DNA of 45,928 nucleotides from Candidatus Uhrbacteria bacterium (GTDB lineage: Bacteria > Patescibacteriota > Patescibacteriia > UBA9934). Below are positions 18,399 through 29,347 of the stretch, piece by piece. How positions within the stretch are numbered: the stretch's first letter is position 1; every line of letters begins with the position of its first letter. Location: NCBI GenBank assembly GCA_943359325.1, contig CALRHD010000006.1, positions 1 through 45,928 of the forward strand, written 5' to 3'. The position numbers and the translations under genes were made by a program. Under the pieces are notes generated by a model. That model had not been told where the DNA came from. It saw nothing but the letters and a program-made list of their open reading frames with translations, and ran no database searches.

Positions 18399-21030
18399 CA
18401 GGCATTTTTGTGCGAATTTCGATGAGCTCGCTCTTTGCGTCGATAGTGACAGGGGACTCTTCTGCAACTTCGCCTTTGATAATTTTGAGCGCGAGTGGGT
18501 CGAGAATAAGATTTTGAATTGCGCGCTTGAGTGGGCGGGCGCCATATTGCGGATCGAAACCCTTTTCTGCGAGGAGTATTTTTGCGCGTTCTGTCACTTT
18601 CAGCGTCATGCCGCGTTGTTCGCGGAGTCGAGAAGAGATGCGTGCAAGCTGTAACTCCACAATTTCTCCAATTTCTTTTTTGGAGAGACCGTGAAACATA
18701 ATGATATCGTCGATGCGATTGAGAAATTCGGGGCGGAATTCGTCGCCGAGAAGCTCCATGATTTTTGCGCGAATATTATCCTCGTGCACTTCACCGTCGC
18801 TAAAGCCGAGGTCGGTGCGGTTGATGTCGTGAAGAATAACGTCGCTCCCGACGTTTGAGGTCATAATGATGATTGTGTTCTTGAAGTTGACCACGCGGCC
18901 CTTTGCGTCGGTAAGGCGACCGTCGTCAAGAATTTGCAAAAGCATGTTGAACACGTCGGGGTGCGCCTTTTCAATTTCGTCGAGCAACACCACAGAGTAG
19001 GGGTGCTTGCGAATCGTTTCTGTGAGCTGTCCCGCCTCGTCGTAGCCAACATAGCCTGGGGGCGAACCGATCATCTTGCTTGTGCTGTGACGTTCCATGT
19101 ATTCGCTCATATCGAGACGCACAAGTGATTTTTCGTCGTTAAACATGAACGCCGCAAGCGCTTTTGCGAGTTCGGTTTTGCCGACGCCTGTTGGCCCCAA
19201 GAAAATGAACGAACCAATGGGGCGACCCTCTTCGCCAATGCCTGCACGTGAACGGCGGAGCGCGTTACTCACCGCCCGGATGGCTTCGTCTTGGCCAACG
19301 ACACGCTTTGCTAGTTCATCTTCCATGCGTGCAAGCTTTGCCATTTCGTGTTCAAGCATTTTATGAACAGGAATGTGCGTCCAACGTCCAACAACAGCGG
19401 CAATGTCTTCCTCGGTGATAACCTCTTTAAGCAGACCGCGGTTGGACTGTAACTTTTTGAGTGAGACTTCGAGCTTCTTTAATTCGACGCGCTGCGCAGG
19501 GATGAGGCCGTAACGAATTTCTGCAACACGCTCAAGATTGCCACGGCGTTCCTCGAGCTCGGCTTCGCTCGCGAGTTTATCGGCCTGATTTTTGCATTCG
19601 CGGATTTGCTCGATGATTTGTTTTTCGTTCTTCCATGCAATTTCAAGTGCGCCCGACTTTTCCTTATGGTCAGCAATGAGCTTCTCGATTTCTTTTAAGC
19701 GTGCCTTTGACGCTTTGTCTTCTTCTTTCAACAGCGCCTGACGTTCAATCTGCAAACGCATTTCGTCACGTTTTTCGCGATCGAGTTCTTCGGGCATGGA
19801 GTCGATCTGCAAACGCAGTGCTGATGCTGCTTCGTCGATGCAATCAACGGCTTTGTCGGGCAGTTGACGGTCGGTGATGTAGCGACTGGAAAGCTCGGCC
19901 GCAGCAACAATAGCGTTGTCGCTAATGCGCACGCCATGGTGAATTTCGTAGCGCTCCTTGATACCACGGAGAATAGCGATAGTATCATCGACCGAAGGTT
20001 CCTCGACCATAATCGGTTGAAAGCGACGTTCGAGCGCATGGTCCTTCTCAATGTATCGTTGATATTCCTTTGTTGTCGTTGCGCCAATGACACGCAGCTC
20101 GCCACGAGCAAGGGATGGTTTGAGTAAATTCGACGCATCCATTGGTGCTTCGTCGCCCTTGCCTGCACCGACAAGCATGTGCAACTCGTCGATAAACATG
20201 ATAATTTTTCCGCTTGAGTCGTGAATTTCCTTAACGACAGCCTTTAGTCGTTCCTCGAATTCGCCACGGAACTTTGTACCCGCAATGAGTGACCCTAGAT
20301 CAAGCGACACTATTTCTTTTTCCTTGAGCGACTCAGGAACGTCGCCCGCAACAATACGCTGTGAAAGCCCTTCGACGATTGCAGTTTTGCCTACGCCCGC
20401 CTCACCAATAAGTACAGGGTTATTTTTTGTACGGCGCGAAAGTACCTGCATGACACGGCGGATTTCTTCGTCACGACCAATGACAGGATCGAGCTTGCCT
20501 TTGCGAGCAAGCTCAGTCATGTTGATGGTGTATTTTTCGAGCGCCTGATATTTCGCTTCGGGGTTCGCGCTGTCGACACGCTGGCTGCCGCGAATTTCCT
20601 TCAGCGCTGCAAACACGCTCGCCGCATTCACGTTGTTTGTGATAAGAATGTGCCCCGTCATTTTTTCGTCGAGGAGCGCGAGGAAAAGATGCTCCGTAGA
20701 AATGTACTCATCGCCAAATTGTTTTGCGACATGTGCACTGTTCGTAATGACGTGCGCCAACGGTGGCGTCAAAAAAACCTGGCCCAAGCCCGGTGGCTCG
20801 ACAGTGCTACTTTTCGGCAGTGAATCGAGGACGCGCATGACGTCGGCCTGCAGCGGTTCGATGCCGATGCCGAGTTTTTTGAGGAGCGTCAACACGATTC
20901 CGTCGTCTTGTGCGAGGAGAGACGCGAGAAGATGGATAGGTTCGATACCGTGCTGGCCATTGTCTGCGGCGATCATTTGCGCAGCCTGCATGGCGTGATT
21001 GGATTTGCTTGTAAAATTATTCGGCATCAT
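18382..21030 (-). CDS. clpB: Chaperone ClpB
   Basis: Two AAA+ modules ([16 protein letters not shown]), long coiled-coil M domain, GARPLKR; start moved downstream of the -10/CIRCE. Confidence 0.95.
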   Translation of the reverse strand: MMPNNFTSKSNHAMQAAQMIAADNGQHGIEPIHLLASLLAQDDGIVLTLLKKLGIGIEPLQADVMRVLDSLPKSSTVEPPGLGQVFLTPPLAHVITNSAHVAKQFGDEYISTEHLFLALLDEKMTGHILITNNVNAASVFAALKEIRGSQRVDSANPEAKYQALEKYTINMTELARKGKLDPVIGRDEEIRRVMQVLSRRTKNNPVLIGEAGVGKTAIVEGLSQRIVAGDVPESLKEKEIVSLDLGSLIAGTKFRGEFEERLKAVVKEIHDSSGKIIMFIDELHMLVGAGKGDEAPMDASNLLKPSLARGELRVIGATTTKEYQRYIEKDHALERRFQPIMVEEPSVDDTIAILRGIKERYEIHHGVRISDNAIVAAAELSSRYITDRQLPDKAVDCIDEAASALRLQIDSMPEELDREKRDEMRLQIERQALLKEEDKASKARLKEIEKLIADHKEKSGALEIAWKNEKQIIEQIRECKNQADKLASEAELEERRGNLERVAEIRYGLIPAQRVELKKLEVSLKKLQSNRGLLKEVITEEDIAAVVGRWTHIPVHKMLEHEMAKLARMEDELAKRVVGQDEAIRAVSNALRRSRAGIGEEGRPIGSFIFLGPTGVGKTELAKALAAFMFNDEKSLVRLDMSEYMERHSTSKMIGSPPGYVGYDEAGQLTETIRKHPYSVVLLDEIEKAHPDVFNMLLQILDDGRLTDAKGRVVNFKNTIIIMTSNVGSDVILHDINRTDLGFSDGEVHEDNIRAKIMELLGDEFRPEFLNRIDDIIMFHGLSKKEIGEIVELQLARISSRLREQRGMTLKVTERAKILLAEKGFDPQYGARPLKRAIQNLILDPLALKIIKGEVAEESPVTIDAKSELIEIRTKMPATVGV

Positions 21031-21040
21031 AATCGATTCA

Positions 21041-21081
21041 TTAGCAGTCTCCATTATAGAGTGCTAAGTTGATCGCGTCAA
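21041..21081 (-). promoter_or_regulatory. CIRCE (HrcA operator) overlapping the clpB sigma70 promoter
   Basis: TTAGCAGTC-N9-GAGTGCTAA at 21041-21067, one mismatch to consensus; minus-strand TTGACG-N17-TATAAT. Confidence 0.88.
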
Positions 21082-21107
21082 CTTTTTTTGGTACAATTTT
21101 TGCACGT

Positions 21108-21524
21108 ATGATTACGCTCCGTCACGCATTCTCCGCAATAGCGATTGTGCTCTTTTTTCACGCCATTGGCATGTGGCGCTATTATAGCTGGTATCACTGG
21201 TATGACATACCGATGCACATCGGTGGTGGCATAGCGATGGGAATTTTGGCCCTTGCATTCTGGAATCTTTTTGTAAAGAGCGTTTCGCTGCGTACCAAGA
21301 AAAAATGGGCAGCGGTTCTCCCGAAGATTTTCTTTGTCCTCGGTTTTGTGGGGCTTGTGGGAATCGGCTGGGAATGGTTCGAGTTTCTTTTTGACGAGAT
21401 ATTGTCTGTTCGGCTTGCGTGGGGGATCGCACAAACAAGTGTCGCGGACACGATGGCCGACCTTTTCTGCGACCTCGTTGGCGGTCTTTCCGCAGTTGTT
21501 GCTGCTCAGCTTCGCCGCGTATGA
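21108..21524 (+). CDS. Small membrane protein (DUF2238/VanZ-like)
   Basis: WYDIPMHIGGG, WEWFEF, DTMADL..D..G; 3-4 TM segments. Confidence 0.6.
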   Translation: MITLRHAFSAIAIVLFFHAIGMWRYYSWYHWYDIPMHIGGGIAMGILALAFWNLFVKSVSLRTKKKWAAVLPKIFFVLGFVGLVGIGWEWFEFLFDEILSVRLAWGIAQTSVADTMADLFCDLVGGLSAVVAAQLRRV

Positions 21525-22195
21525 CGTCCTACACGCTGCTTGGTGTGCGTATTGACGACATCGCGCTAGACGAACTGCACGCACTTTTTCTTCTCTGGCT
21601 GCAAGGAGAAGGTCAACATGTTGTCGTCACGCCAAATCCCGAGTTCCTCGTTCTTGCACATCGTGATGAATCGTTCCGTGCATTTCTCAATGCTTCGGAC
21701 CTTGCACTACCTGACGGATTTGGTTTAAAGATCTTTGTACCGATCACACATCGTATGACAGGTATCGATGCGCTGACAATGCTCGATGAAATCTGCAAAG
21801 AGCGCGATCTGCGTCTCGTCACTATTGGCAGTGTGCCGTGTGACATTGTCGTTGGAAACGTACATGATCACCTATCTATCGATGACGTGCAACGAATTGC
21901 AAAATTACAGCCAGACGTCATTGCTGTGGCATTGGGACAGGGGAAGCAGGAGCGCATTATTGCCACACACCAGCACGAATGGCCGTCGGCAAAAATTCTC
22001 ATTGGGGTTGGTGGAGCTGTCGACGTTCTCTCGGGTATAAAACACCGTGCACCCAAACTATTTCGATATGTGGGACTGGAGTGGTTATGGCGGCTCATCA
22101 GCGAGCCTCGGAGGTTGCGTCGAATAGTAAATGCCGTTATTGTTTTTCCAACACTTGTTATTCTCGACCGTCTGCATCACCGTAAAAATATATGA
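21521..22195 (+). CDS. WecB/TagA/CpsF family glycosyltransferase
   Basis: LLGVRID, VVTPNPE, LPDG, VALGQGKQE, GVGGAVD, RAP....GLEWLWRL..EPRR. Confidence 0.9.
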   Translation: MTSYTLLGVRIDDIALDELHALFLLWLQGEGQHVVVTPNPEFLVLAHRDESFRAFLNASDLALPDGFGLKIFVPITHRMTGIDALTMLDEICKERDLRLVTIGSVPCDIVVGNVHDHLSIDDVQRIAKLQPDVIAVALGQGKQERIIATHQHEWPSAKILIGVGGAVDVLSGIKHRAPKLFRYVGLEWLWRLISEPRRLRRIVNAVIVFPTLVILDRLHHRKNI

Positions 22196-23655
22196 CCGTT
22201 CGTACACGCATCGCCCCATCGCCAACAGGCTACATGCACATAGGTACACTGCGCACGGTGCTTTTTGATTATTTTTTGGCACGTCAAGGCGGCGGACAAT
22301 TTATTCTTCGTGTCGAGGATACGGATCAAGCACGGCTCGTTGATGGTGCGCTCGAGAGCCTGCTTGGGACGTTTCAAAAACTCGGCATCGACTACGACGA
22401 GGGGCCTGTGCTGCAGGCGGACGGATCGATTGCTGAAAAAGGGGATTGTGGGCCGTATGTACAGTCGGCGCGATTATCGCTTTACAAAAAATACGCCGAT
22501 GAGCTATTGGCGGATGGCCACGCATATATTTGCTTCTGCACGAAAGAGCGACTCGACGAAATGCGTGCGGCACAAACAGCTGCAAAACAAACGCCGAAAT
22601 ATGATCGTCGTTGCTGCGCGCTTACTGTCGATGATATCGCGTCACGCCGCACGAATGGCGAAACATATGTGGTGAGGATGAAGATTCCAGAAGGGAAAGT
22701 GGCATTCGACGACGCAATTCGTGGACGTATTGCATTCGACCTTTCCGACGTCGACGATCAAGTCATTATCAAGTCTGATGGTTTTGCGTCGTACCACCTC
22801 GCAGTTGTCGTCGACGACCACTTGATGAGAATTTCACATGTTCTTCGAGGAGAGGAGTGGATTTCGTCAACGCCAAAGCAGATCGTGCTGCACGAGATGT
22901 TCGGTTGGAAAATGCCGGTCTACGCTCATGTTCCACTTATTTTGAATCCTGATAAAACGAAGCTATCGAAACGCAAAGGCGACGTATCTGTGGAAAGTTA
23001 TCTTGCGAAGGGTTACCTGCCTGCAGCAATTTTGAACTTCATTGCAACGCTCGGGTTCAATCCCACGGCCGACAGGGAAGTGTACACAATGGATGAGCTT
23101 GTGGCGTTGTTCGACCTTACAAAAGTGAATCACGGTGGGGCAGTGATGAACATCGAAAAGCTTGATTGGATGAATCAGCAGTACATCACAAAACTCGACA
23201 AGGATGCGCTGTTGGCCGCAGTCACGCCATTTACCACATACGATGTGACGGAACCGATAATGCGCCGTGCAGTACTTGTTGAAAGGGGACGGGTGAGTCG
23301 GTTGACGGAATTTACCGAACGCATTGCCCCATACGCGGAAATGCCCCCATATGATGCGTCAATTTTGATCTGGAAAAAATCAAATGCAACTGACTGTCAA
23401 ATGCAACTAAGCAACATTTGTAACTTCGTAACAACAACAAGCGACGAGACGTTCACACAGATTGCACTTCTCGAAACGGCGATAAAGGCGTATATTGAGA
23501 GTAACGGATTGCAGAATGGCAATGTATTGTGGCCGCTGCGCGTTGCGTTGTCGAGCGCAGAAAAATCGGCAAGCCCGTACGAGCTGCTTTGGGCTCTGGG
23601 AAAGGAGGAGTCGATCGCACGAATTACTGCGGCAATAACAAAGTTTGACGCATGA
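22192..23655 (+). CDS. gltX: Glutamate--tRNA ligase
   Basis: RIAPSPTGYMHIG, RVEDTD, SHVLRGEEW, KLSKR. Confidence 0.97.
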   Translation: MTVRTRIAPSPTGYMHIGTLRTVLFDYFLARQGGGQFILRVEDTDQARLVDGALESLLGTFQKLGIDYDEGPVLQADGSIAEKGDCGPYVQSARLSLYKKYADELLADGHAYICFCTKERLDEMRAAQTAAKQTPKYDRRCCALTVDDIASRRTNGETYVVRMKIPEGKVAFDDAIRGRIAFDLSDVDDQVIIKSDGFASYHLAVVVDDHLMRISHVLRGEEWISSTPKQIVLHEMFGWKMPVYAHVPLILNPDKTKLSKRKGDVSVESYLAKGYLPAAILNFIATLGFNPTADREVYTMDELVALFDLTKVNHGGAVMNIEKLDWMNQQYITKLDKDALLAAVTPFTTYDVTEPIMRRAVLVERGRVSRLTEFTERIAPYAEMPPYDASILIWKKSNATDCQMQLSNICNFVTTTSDETFTQIALLETAIKAYIESNGLQNGNVLWPLRVALSSAEKSASPYELLWALGKEESIARITAAITKFDA

Positions 23656-24860
23656 ACAGATTTTCTGGAGGAAAATCAATTGCATTTCTTTTTTGTGCAG
23701 CATTGATTGCGGCGAATTTTGGTGTTCGTGCGGTTTTTGCAGAAACGCCAGAAGACGTCAACGAATTACAGAGTGAAATTACCGAACGAAAAGCACGGGT
23801 TGACGACATTAACACAAAACTTGACCAATATCGTTCGAAGATTAGGGAGTATGCGGGGAAGTCTGCCTCACTTTCGACGGACCTCGCGCTCATTGAAAAC
23901 GAGACGGCCATGGCCGAGCTTGATATTGCAGCAACCCAAATAGAAATCGAGTCGCAGAACTATGTACTTGCTGCGCTCGAAGGTCGTATTCACGACGAAA
24001 CAGCAAAACTCGACAATGAACGTGAAATGCTTGCGGCATTACTGTTTTCGCTCCATGCGCACGACGACCGCAGTGTGGTGATGGCTTTTTTTGGCGCAAC
24101 AACATTTAATGAGGCGTTCGACACAGTTACACAGCTCGAGCAAGTGAATAATAGCCTGACGCAAGCGGTCGATGCTACAAAACTCATGCGCGCGAACCTC
24201 GAAAGTGATAAATCGCAGCACGAAGAAAAACTTTCGATGCTCGGCGACCTTGAATCACAGCTTGGAGAACGCGTAAAAAAACTCGACATGCAGGGTGCGG
24301 CAAAAGAGGTGCTTGTTTTGCAAACACAAAATTCCGAATCGGAATACCGAACGCTCATGAGCGAATTGCGACAGGAGCAGTCGTCGATAACGTCACAAAT
24401 CAACGCACTTAAGAACAAGATTGAAGCAAAGATTGCGAACGACGACCTTGGGGGCGACACGTCAGCAGTAACGTGGCCGCTGACGGGCATCATCACCGCA
24501 TTATTTCACGACTCTACATATCCGTTTCGTCGTTTATTTGAACACCCAGGGCTCGACATTGCGACGCCTGTTGGGACATCGGTTGAAGCTGCTGCCCCTG
24601 GGTATGTTGCATGGGCGCGCACCGGCCAACAATATGGAAATTACGTGATGATCATCCATGCAAACGGTATGGCGACGTTGTACGCGCACCTTATGCGAAT
24701 GGACGTTGCCGCCGATCAATTCGTTGCGCGAGGCCAGCAGATTGGACTCTCGGGCGGCAAGCCCGGAATGCAGGGCGCAGGACTATCAACAGGTCCACAT
24801 TTACACTTTGAGGTCCGTAAAGACGGCATTCCCGTCGATCCACTGCAGTATTTACCGTAA
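23652..24860 (+). CDS. Secreted coiled-coil + M23 peptidase (murein endopeptidase)
   Basis: Signal peptide, long coiled coil, HPGLD (HxxxD), YAHL, STGPHLHFEV with metal ligands intact. Confidence 0.88.
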   Translation: MNRFSGGKSIAFLFCAALIAANFGVRAVFAETPEDVNELQSEITERKARVDDINTKLDQYRSKIREYAGKSASLSTDLALIENETAMAELDIAATQIEIESQNYVLAALEGRIHDETAKLDNEREMLAALLFSLHAHDDRSVVMAFFGATTFNEAFDTVTQLEQVNNSLTQAVDATKLMRANLESDKSQHEEKLSMLGDLESQLGERVKKLDMQGAAKEVLVLQTQNSESEYRTLMSELRQEQSSITSQINALKNKIEAKIANDDLGGDTSAVTWPLTGIITALFHDSTYPFRRLFEHPGLDIATPVGTSVEAAAPGYVAWARTGQQYGNYVMIIHANGMATLYAHLMRMDVAADQFVARGQQIGLSGGKPGMQGAGLSTGPHLHFEVRKDGIPVDPLQYLP

Positions 24861-25157
24861 GAGCCTGTTTGCAATGCGCAGAGTAAAAAAACGAACGATT
24901 TAAACGCGCTGTGTTGATTTATGGGTGCTATACTACCCATGACATTAAAACGTCTACGAGCCATCAGATAAACATGCACACGTAGTAAAAAAAGTAGGCC
25001 GACGATGAGATCGGGAACGTAACTGTAACTACTAACCGTAGATGCAGATTTGAGTGGCCCGCAGGGGATTGCACGAGGCATGTGGGAACGACCGAGTAAT
25101 TACATGCAACAACATACAAGTGTCGTAAAAGGTATATTGTGAGACGCCAGAAAAGGT

Positions 25158-25628
25158 TTACTCATTCTGAAGTTCGGCAAGGTCTGCCACTACCCCATCG
25201 ACGTGTCCGTTCACTTTGACGTCGTCGTAAACTTTACGAATAACACCTTTTGGATCAATCAAGACCGTTGTACGAACAATGCCCATGTATTTTTTGCCCA
25301 TCATGGACTTTTGCTGCCACACACCATACGCTTCAAGCGCTGCATGTGACTCATCCGACAATACGGGAAAATTCAGCTTTTCACGTTCTGCAAATTTTGC
25401 ATGACGTTTTACCGAATCAGCGGACACACCGAGCACTTCTGCTCCTACCCCATGCACTCGTGCCATGTTGTCGCGAAAATTACATGCTTCAATTGTACAT
25501 CCTGGAGTCATGTCCTTGGGATAAAAATAAAGTACGAGCCATTTTCCCAGATAGTCGGCAAGCGTGTGCGTCTTCCCTATCTGGTCGGCAAGAGAGAAAT
25601 TGGGAGCGGGCGTATTGACAGTCAACAT
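25158..25628 (-). CDS. bcp: Peroxiredoxin Bcp/PrxQ
   Basis: LYFYPKDMTPGCTIEACNFRD. Confidence 0.93.
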   Translation of the reverse strand: MLTVNTPAPNFSLADQIGKTHTLADYLGKWLVLYFYPKDMTPGCTIEACNFRDNMARVHGVGAEVLGVSADSVKRHAKFAEREKLNFPVLSDESHAALEAYGVWQQKSMMGKKYMGIVRTTVLIDPKGVIRKVYDDVKVNGHVDGVVADLAELQNE

Positions 25629-25634
25629 AAAAGT

Positions 25635-26519
25635 TTATTTATTTTTGCTGTAAACGTGGTCTCCAAAGCGAATGTCAATGTATGCCATGTTTGGCATGTT
25701 GGTGGCATTTTCCTTTACGAATACATCGTACATGACCATAGCCACTTCAGGCGATACGGAGATATCGACAAGTAGAGAAGGTGCATTCTGCACGCCGACG
25801 GTAAGCCAAGGCGATTGTTGCGTGTCGAGGGTATAGACAAGTGGAAGAAGATTTCTCGTACGTAGTCCATCGTCGAGAGCGAGAATATGAGAAAGTCGTG
25901 TTGCATCGATAATAACCGAGCCCAGTGCAACATCGAACGTCCCCGTAACATCAATGATCGGCATGGTGGGCTGTATACCTCGCGCAGTCGGGATTTCTAC
26001 AGCATTCGTACGCCGAGCAGCGATCATCCTAAGTGTTTCTGACGAAGCACCGCTCACTGCAACACCGTTCAGATCGACGAGATATGTCGTGGCGTTTATT
26101 GTCACGGCGACTTCGGTGATACGCTCTTTTGCATCGATAATAAGCGTTCGGCCATCACGATGGAGAGACAGATTGTCAAAATGAAACTGTGTATTGAGCG
26201 CAACGGAGACTTTCTGTGTGTTCGTAAAAAAAATGTGGTTTGCAGGAAATACAAGCCACCGATGGGCATTGAGCATTGGTTCAACGATAGAGATAACGTC
26301 TTCGCTCGCGATAGTCGTAAGACCTGATACTTCGACGCTACGGTAATGCATGAATGGAGCGAAAAGTAATACAAGAGGAACGCCCACTACGATCAGAACG
26401 AGAGCAGCTGCAAAAAGCCACGCGGCAATTTTTTTTGGTGCGTTCGCAAAAAACGGGTTCCGCATACGCGGCCCGTCGTAGCTTCGTGAAAGAGATCGTG
26501 TGAAGTTTCTGCGCTTCAT
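25635..26519 (-). CDS. FtsQ/DivIB-like cell division protein
   Basis: Basic N-terminus, single TM, V.VSG POTRA-like region, KER, C-terminal YIDIRFGDHVY. Confidence 0.65.
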   Translation of the reverse strand: MKRRNFTRSLSRSYDGPRMRNPFFANAPKKIAAWLFAAALVLIVVGVPLVLLFAPFMHYRSVEVSGLTTIASEDVISIVEPMLNAHRWLVFPANHIFFTNTQKVSVALNTQFHFDNLSLHRDGRTLIIDAKERITEVAVTINATTYLVDLNGVAVSGASSETLRMIAARRTNAVEIPTARGIQPTMPIIDVTGTFDVALGSVIIDATRLSHILALDDGLRTRNLLPLVYTLDTQQSPWLTVGVQNAPSLLVDISVSPEVAMVMYDVFVKENATNMPNMAYIDIRFGDHVYSKNK

Positions 26520-27664
26520 ACCACAAAGCGAGGGATGAGTGGATTAATGCGCGTGACTATTTCGTAGTTAATTGTGCCGACACGCTCGGCGAGTTCGTCG
26601 GCGGTAACGCTGTGCATGCCTTCGCGCCCGAGGAGTGTCGCGACGTCGCCTTTTTTGACGTGCGGTGCGTCGGAAACATCGACCATCATCATGTTCATGC
26701 AAATACGTCCAACGACGGGGCATAGCCTGCCGCTTAACAGGACAACACCGTGGTTTGATAGGTGGCGATCATACCCGTCGTAGTACCCCACCGGCAGAAC
26801 TGCGATACGCATTGGGCGATTAGCGATACACGTTCGATTGTACCCTATCCCACCACCGTTTGGCACGTCCTTCACCTGTGCGACAGTTGTTTTCCATGAG
26901 AGAACTGGTCGTAGTTCAAAGGCTCTTCCCCGCTGTACCGCAATGTGCAATTCCCGACTTGGCCACAGGCCATAAAGCGCAATGCCGGTGCGCACCATAG
27001 TGAGGTGAGACTGCGTGCGGAGAATTGCTGCTGCGCTGCATGCGGCATGAATGTACGGCACATGCAAATCGTACGCGGCGAATGTCACTTCTGCATTTTT
27101 GAGTGCATCAATCTGTGCATCGACGATATGCTGCGCATTGACGTCTTCCGACGACGAAAAGTGTGTGGAAACGCCAACGAGCTTCACACTTCGCGGATTG
27201 TTTTTTATTGCACGGGAAATATCAACAATCGTGCGCGGCATTGCACCGAGACGGTGAAGGCCTGTTTCAATTTCGATGTTGATGAGGGCGACAGCCTGCT
27301 GTGAAACGGCAGCGCCAATGATTGCTATGAGCCCCTCTTCGTCATAGATATTTTGTACGAACTGTTGCGTAACAATTTCGGAAAAACGCTCAGCGGGAGT
27401 CATGCCCAAAATAAAAATAACGGCGTCTTTTGACTGTCGACGCACCACAAACGCTTCGTCGATGTTATCAACTGCAAAATGTGTGATACCCATTTCGATG
27501 AGCATTCCTGCCGTCAGTGTGATGTCGTGTCCATACGCATTTGCTTTGACAACGGCGCATAATGTTGTCGCAGGTGTAAGAAGAATTTGCAACGAACGAA
27601 CATTCGCCTCGAGTGCAGAGCGCGAAATTTCAACCCATGTGCGGGGCTTGAGAGAGATCCTCAC
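26516..27664 (-). CDS. alr: Alanine racemase
   Basis: AVVKANAYGH, ETGLHRLG, VRTGIALYG, VGYYDGY, GRICMN, GTINYE. Confidence 0.95.
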   Translation of the reverse strand: MRISLKPRTWVEISRSALEANVRSLQILLTPATTLCAVVKANAYGHDITLTAGMLIEMGITHFAVDNIDEAFVVRRQSKDAVIFILGMTPAERFSEIVTQQFVQNIYDEEGLIAIIGAAVSQQAVALINIEIETGLHRLGAMPRTIVDISRAIKNNPRSVKLVGVSTHFSSSEDVNAQHIVDAQIDALKNAEVTFAAYDLHVPYIHAACSAAAILRTQSHLTMVRTGIALYGLWPSRELHIAVQRGRAFELRPVLSWKTTVAQVKDVPNGGGIGYNRTCIANRPMRIAVLPVGYYDGYDRHLSNHGVVLLSGRLCPVVGRICMNMMMVDVSDAPHVKKGDVATLLGREGMHSVTADELAERVGTINYEIVTRINPLIPRFVV

Positions 27665-27668
27665 AGAA

Positions 27669-28949
27669 TTATTGTTTCTGAGTCAGAATTTTTTTGCCCA
27701 TAAGTGGGTGCAACACATCAGGAATGCGCACACTGCCGTCTGCGTGTTGAAAATTTTCGAGAATTGCAGCAATGGTACGACCAATTGCGAACGCCGTGCC
27801 ATTGACGGTGTGAACGAACGCCGTCGTGCCGCCTTGTCCTCCGTCTGTCGAAGGGCGGTACCGCGTGTTGAGTCGACGTGCCTGGAAGTCGGTACAGTTG
27901 CTTGTTGAATGCGTTTCACGGTAGCGATTCTGTGCAGGAAACCATGCCTCGATATCCCACTTTTTTGCCGCAGGCAAGCCAAGATCGCCACTCACAATGT
28001 TGAGGACATGATACGGCAACCCAAGTCCTTGCATGAGCTCTTCCTCGATGCCAAGAATCATTTCGTGTTCTTTCGCCGACTCTTCCGGCTTGCAGAAACT
28101 GAACATTTCGACTTTATCGAATTGGTGCATGCGAATAAAACCTTTTGTGTCCTTACCGTAGCTGCCTGCCTCGCGGCGATAGCACGGTGAAATACCAATG
28201 TAGCGAAGCGGTTCATCGAGCGCGATAATTTCGTCCATGTGCATAGGACCAATCGCTTGCTCGGACGTGCCAATGAGATACTGGTTATCTTTTGCAAGAT
28301 GGTAAATCTCGTCGCTGCCACCATGCTCTAAATATCCCATCGCCCGCATCGCCTGTGCGGTGACCAGATGCGGAACGAACACGGGTACAAAGCCGTGCTT
28401 CGCCGCGACAGTCAACGCATATTGCGTAAGCGCAAGTTGCAGTAATGCTCCATCCCCAAGAATATATCCAAATCGTGCGCCGCTTGCTTTTGTCGCGCGT
28501 GCAAGGTCGACAATACCTAAGTGCTCTGCGAGCGTTGCGTGGTCCTTCACGTCAAAATCAAATGTAGGAACAGTACCCTCTTCGCGCAGCACCGAATTTT
28601 CTTCGTCGGATTTTCCGACGGTAACGTCGGCGAGTGGTGGATTCGGGATTTTGTAAAGCAGATCGGAAAGCTCCTCATCGAGCGGCGCGAATTCCTCTGC
28701 CAATTTTTCTGCCCGTGCATCAACATGCCGCATTTCTTCGATCATCGCAGTACGTTCCTCCTTGCTCGCGGTGGGAATACGTTTTGACACCTCATTTTTT
28801 TGCGCAGCGATCGCTTCAATTTCACCTTTGAGACTTCGCACTTTACGATCGAGTTCCACAATACGATCGACATCGAGCGTGACATTTTTTGCCGCAGCCG
28901 CTGTGCGGATAGCGTTTGGATTTTCGCGCAAAAGTTTGAGGTCGATCAT
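27669..28949 (-). CDS. serS: Serine--tRNA ligase
   Basis: YLIGTSE, CYRREAGSYGKDT.G..R.HQF.KVE, SNCTDFQARR, HTVNGT. Confidence 0.97.
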   Translation of the reverse strand: MIDLKLLRENPNAIRTAAAAKNVTLDVDRIVELDRKVRSLKGEIEAIAAQKNEVSKRIPTASKEERTAMIEEMRHVDARAEKLAEEFAPLDEELSDLLYKIPNPPLADVTVGKSDEENSVLREEGTVPTFDFDVKDHATLAEHLGIVDLARATKASGARFGYILGDGALLQLALTQYALTVAAKHGFVPVFVPHLVTAQAMRAMGYLEHGGSDEIYHLAKDNQYLIGTSEQAIGPMHMDEIIALDEPLRYIGISPCYRREAGSYGKDTKGFIRMHQFDKVEMFSFCKPEESAKEHEMILGIEEELMQGLGLPYHVLNIVSGDLGLPAAKKWDIEAWFPAQNRYRETHSTSNCTDFQARRLNTRYRPSTDGGQGGTTAFVHTVNGTAFAIGRTIAAILENFQHADGSVRIPDVLHPLMGKKILTQKQ

Positions 28950-29347
28950 ACCATTAGGATGAGAGAAGACTTGAAGCGTTCGGGTTCGTGGCTTTTGATA
29001 TACATGACGGGGACTTGTCTATTCAGTGTCATCCATACCTTGAGTGCGGCATCGAGTTCGCCTTGATCGTAGCCGATTGCAATCATATCTGGATGCACAT
29101 CGTCGATGACGGAGAAATTTCCTGATGCGTCGCTTGCGACGATGTCATCAATAGTCGGCAGGAGTCGCAACGATCCCCTTCTCTCTTCGAATGTGTAACG
29201 TGGCTCATGACGCTTGAGTGAGCGTATTGCGTCGTCGGTTGCGAGTGCGACGATAAGTCTGTCGCCTAATGCACTTGCCTCGCCAAGAAAATGCGCATGG
29301 CCCTCGTGCAGTCCGTCAAACGCGCCGAATGCAAGAACCGTCGTCAT
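28946..29347 (-). CDS. Cytidylyltransferase-like nucleotidyltransferase (RibL/TagD-like)
   Basis: FGAFDGLHEGH (HxGH), PD.IAIGYDQ, KSS. Confidence 0.8.
   Translation of the reverse strand: MTTVLAFGAFDGLHEGHAHFLGEASALGDRLIVALATDDAIRSLKRHEPRYTFEERRGSLRLLPTIDDIVASDASGNFSVIDDVHPDMIAIGYDQGELDAALKVWMTLNRQVPVMYIKSHEPERFKSSLILMV

Noticed and set aside
21031-21054. ClpB N-terminal extension METANESI
   Set aside because: That ATG overlaps the -10 box and CIRCE, so it would not be in the transcript
24716-25081. 121-aa minus-strand ORF in the M23-bcp gap
   Set aside because: It overlaps the M23 gene antisense and has no recognisable features
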